From the NCBI GenBank assembly GCA_037444665.1, contig JBBILZ010000011.1, positions 1-47,736 on the forward strand: a DNA stretch of 47,736 nucleotides, in the 5' to 3' direction. The notes under the pieces are model-generated. The model was not told the origin of the DNA. It saw only the letters and a list, made by a program, of their open reading frames with translations, and searched no databases. The position numbers and the translations under genes were made by a program. The DNA comes from a candidate division WOR-3 bacterium (GTDB lineage: Bacteria; Hydrothermota; Tepidihabitantia; SM23-42; JAOAFX01). Each line of letters starts with the position of its first letter. Position 1 is the stretch's first letter. Positions 47,086-47,736 of the stretch are shown here, one piece after another.

Positions 47086-47736
47086 ATGAAAAAATTTTTT
47101 CTTTGCTTTTCCTTAGTTCTGTTGCAGCAGCTATTTGCACAAAATGATGGAGTGCTTAAAACAATGACTGCTGAACTGAATCGTTCATATAAAATTTTGA
47201 GCAAACAAAAACCATACCCTCTGTATTTTCTTCAGTATGAAATTATGGACGAGCATCAGGCAAATATTTCTGCTACACTTGGAGTTATTACCGGTGAAAC
47301 TGACGAACATCATCGCTATCTGGATGTGGATGTGAGGATTGGTTCTTATAAGCTTGATAATACCCATGAAATTCGTGGTGCTGAAGATTATGACTGGCGG
47401 TCCTCTCCCATTGAAGTGCCGATTGATGATAACCCGGACGCCTTAGAAATCATACTCTGGTCAGCAACTGATAAAGAATTCAAATCTGCCCAGGAAAAGT
47501 ATATTAAGATTCTCAATGAAAGACAGGTAAAGGTTTTAGAATCAGACACATCGCCTGATTTTAGTAAAGCACCAGCAATTGAATACACAGGTGAAATTGG
47601 TAAAATTGATTTTGATAGGGCATTATGGAAGAAGCACCTGCGTGAACTTTCAGCAATTTTCAAAGACTATCCCTGGATATATAATTCAAATATTACCCTG
47701 CGCGCCACTTCCTTAACCAAATACTTAGTAAATACT
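47086..47736 (+). CDS. Signal-peptide-bearing TldD/PmbA-like (U62) metallopeptidase, 3'-partial (not in the ORF track)
   Basis: SD AGGAGGT; translates as MKKFFLCFSLVLLQQLFAQNDGVLKTMTAELNRS...PLYFLQYEIMD...VDVRIGSYKLDNTH...LWSATDKEFK..., open to the window end. Confidence 0.65.
   Translation, partial: MKKFFLCFSLVLLQQLFAQNDGVLKTMTAELNRSYKILSKQKPYPLYFLQYEIMDEHQANISATLGVITGETDEHHRYLDVDVRIGSYKLDNTHEIRGAEDYDWRSSPIEVPIDDNPDALEIILWSATDKEFKSAQEKYIKILNERQVKVLESDTSPDFSKAPAIEYTGEIGKIDFDRALWKKHLRELSAIFKDYPWIYNSNITLRATSLTKYLVNT

Noticed and set aside
2886..47663. Numerous 60-170 aa antisense or alternate-frame ORFs within long genes (e.g. 44345-44848, 41203-41613, 37611-37985, 47388-47663)
   Set aside because: These are shadow ORFs of well-supported genes with no independent coding signals.
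1..47736. CRISPR array, tRNA/rRNA genes, DGR or retron, IS transposase, prophage
   Set aside because: I saw no regularly spaced direct repeats, tRNA arms, reverse transcriptase, transposase, integrase or phage structural ORFs.

Overview
AT-rich (~37% GC by eye) chromosomal window from an anaerobic diderm bacterium. The gene content (T9SS-like C-terminal domains, PorV-family barrel, group II GGGP synthase, four-subunit PFOR) suggests an FCB-related candidate lineage such as WOR-3; this is inference. The window contains: the 3' part of a DpnII-like restriction endonuclease followed by gene remnants; a class III aminotransferase plus aldehyde dehydrogenase; a cobalamin-riboswitch-controlled TonB-dependent receptor; an RsmF-like methyltransferase; a sigma54 module (bEBP, PAS kinase, receiver, stand-alone MshEN protein, PilT); a membrane pyrophosphatase; radC; an S8 protease; a housekeeping run (GGGPS, purD, TsaC-phosphatase fusion, tandem ThyX, recJ, YfiH, EamA, GlmU-like, ROK); porCDAB; a HAD hydrolase; and a partial secreted TldD-like protein. 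The best candidate for an undescribed system is an 8-gene envelope operon at 32.8-41.7 kb. It encodes a CTD-bearing Ig-repeat protein, a PorV-FlgD fusion, a large TPR protein, ExbB, two ExbDs (one lacking the conserved Asp), TonB and a FlgD/OmpA-like protein, but no TonB-dependent transporter. Window-wide patterns are 17 sigma70-like promoters that all have a 16-bp spacer, several leaderless genes, very short signal peptides without basic residues, GATC depletion, and heptamer/REP-like repeats. All product calls come from motif recognition by eye; no database searches were run.
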